Below are positions 63,227 through 64,000 of a stretch of 64,000 bases of DNA, piece by piece (position 1 is the first letter of the stretch; the number at the start of each line of letters is the position of its first letter). Below the pieces are notes generated by a model, which was not told where the DNA came from, did no database searches, and worked only from the letters and a program-made list of their open reading frames with translations. The position numbers and the translations under genes were made by a program. Source of the DNA: Rhodocyclaceae bacterium (GTDB lineage: Bacteria; Pseudomonadota; Gammaproteobacteria; Burkholderiales; Rhodocyclaceae). The stretch is taken from positions 11,251-75,250 of the forward strand of contig JAWKYX010000009.1 of assembly GCA_041396265.1 (NCBI GenBank). Reading direction: 5' to 3'.

Positions 63227-64000
63227 ATGACCCGGCCGCAGAAGATCCGTCTTGGTGAAGTGCTGGTGCAGCAGGGCCTGCTCTCCGACGCGCAGCTCAA
63301 GCAGGCGCTGGAGGAGCAGAAGATCACCGGCCGCCGCCTGGGCCGGGTGTTCGTGGATAGCCGCTTCGTGACCGAAGAGCAGATCGCCGAGGCGATCGCC
63401 CGCCAGCTTGCGGTGCCCTACGTCAATCTGCGCAGCTTCAATCTCGACCGCGAACTGGTCCGCAAGCTGAACGAAACCGCGGCGCGGCGTTTCCGCGCCA
63501 TCGTGCTCGAGCAGGGCGCCGCCGGCCTGCGTGTGGGCTTTGCCGACCCGTCCGACCTGTTCGCCTACGATGAAGTGGTCAAGCTCGTGGGTGGCGACGT
63601 CGATGTGTGCGTGGTGGCCGAGGGGCAGTTGATCGAGACCATCGACCGGGTCTATCAGCGCTCCGAGGAAATCAGCGGCCTGGCCGATGAGCTGACGGCC
63701 GAGCTGGGCGATTCGGCCATCGACCTGGGCGCCCTGGGCATCACGCCGGGCCTGGAAGACGCGCCCGTGGTCAAGCTGCTGCAGTCGGTGTTCGAGTCGG
63801 CCGTGCAGGTGCGCGCCTCGGACATCCACATCGAGCCGCAGGAAGCCAATCTGCGCATCCGCTACCGCATCGACGGCGTGATGCATGTGCAGACCGAGGC
63901 CGACCGCAAGGTGGCCACCGCGCTGGTGCTGCGCCTGAAGCTGATGTCGGGCCTCGACATCTCCGAGCGCCGCCTGCCGCAGGACGGGCGCTTCAACATC
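63227..64000 (+). CDS. GspE/PilB/MshE secretion ATPase with MshEN domain (3' partial)
   Basis: RLGEVLVQQGLL...L..AL..Q...RRLG MshEN motif; APVVKL, ASDIHIEP, RIDG, LDISERRLPQDGR; absent from the ORF track because it has no stop in the window. Confidence 0.92.
   Translation, partial: MTRPQKIRLGEVLVQQGLLSDAQLKQALEEQKITGRRLGRVFVDSRFVTEEQIAEAIARQLAVPYVNLRSFNLDRELVRKLNETAARRFRAIVLEQGAAGLRVGFADPSDLFAYDEVVKLVGGDVDVCVVAEGQLIETIDRVYQRSEEISGLADELTAELGDSAIDLGALGITPGLEDAPVVKLLQSVFESAVQVRASDIHIEPQEANLRIRYRIDGVMHVQTEADRKVATALVLRLKLMSGLDISERRLPQDGRFNI

Overview
GC-rich betaproteobacterial (Rhodocyclales-like, inferred) chromosomal segment. 1-18.8 kb: [NiFe]-hydrogenase maturation and H2-sensing cluster (hypBFCDE, hypX, hoxA, hoxBCJ, hupE), with a ~300-bp structured repeat on both sides of hypE and Na+/H+ and phosphate transporters between hoxA and hoxB. 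18.9-30.5 kb: housekeeping, cytochrome c and c-di-GMP/HDOD signalling genes. 30.6-36.4 kb: decayed integron region (truncated intI, attI-like site, SIR2-like cassette cut by an IS4 element, two lower-GC orphan genes) followed by rtcB. 36.5-46.6 kb: TonB receptor/PepSY, MocR with norE/norF-like genes and ccoG, TAXI-TRAP transporter. 46.8-58.8 kb: type I-C CRISPR-Cas (about 34 repeats) led by a WYL regulator and split by an antisense FitAB/VapBC toxin-antitoxin pair whose operator-like palindrome lies just upstream of cas4; this is the most interesting feature. 59-64 kb: IclR/MBL/flavin monooxygenase/DUF2783 aromatic catabolism cluster and partial mshE. Several frameshifts (hypE, norF-like, TRAP permease, cas3) and indel-rich CRISPR repeats suggest consensus errors in the assembly, so these lesions are unconfirmed.
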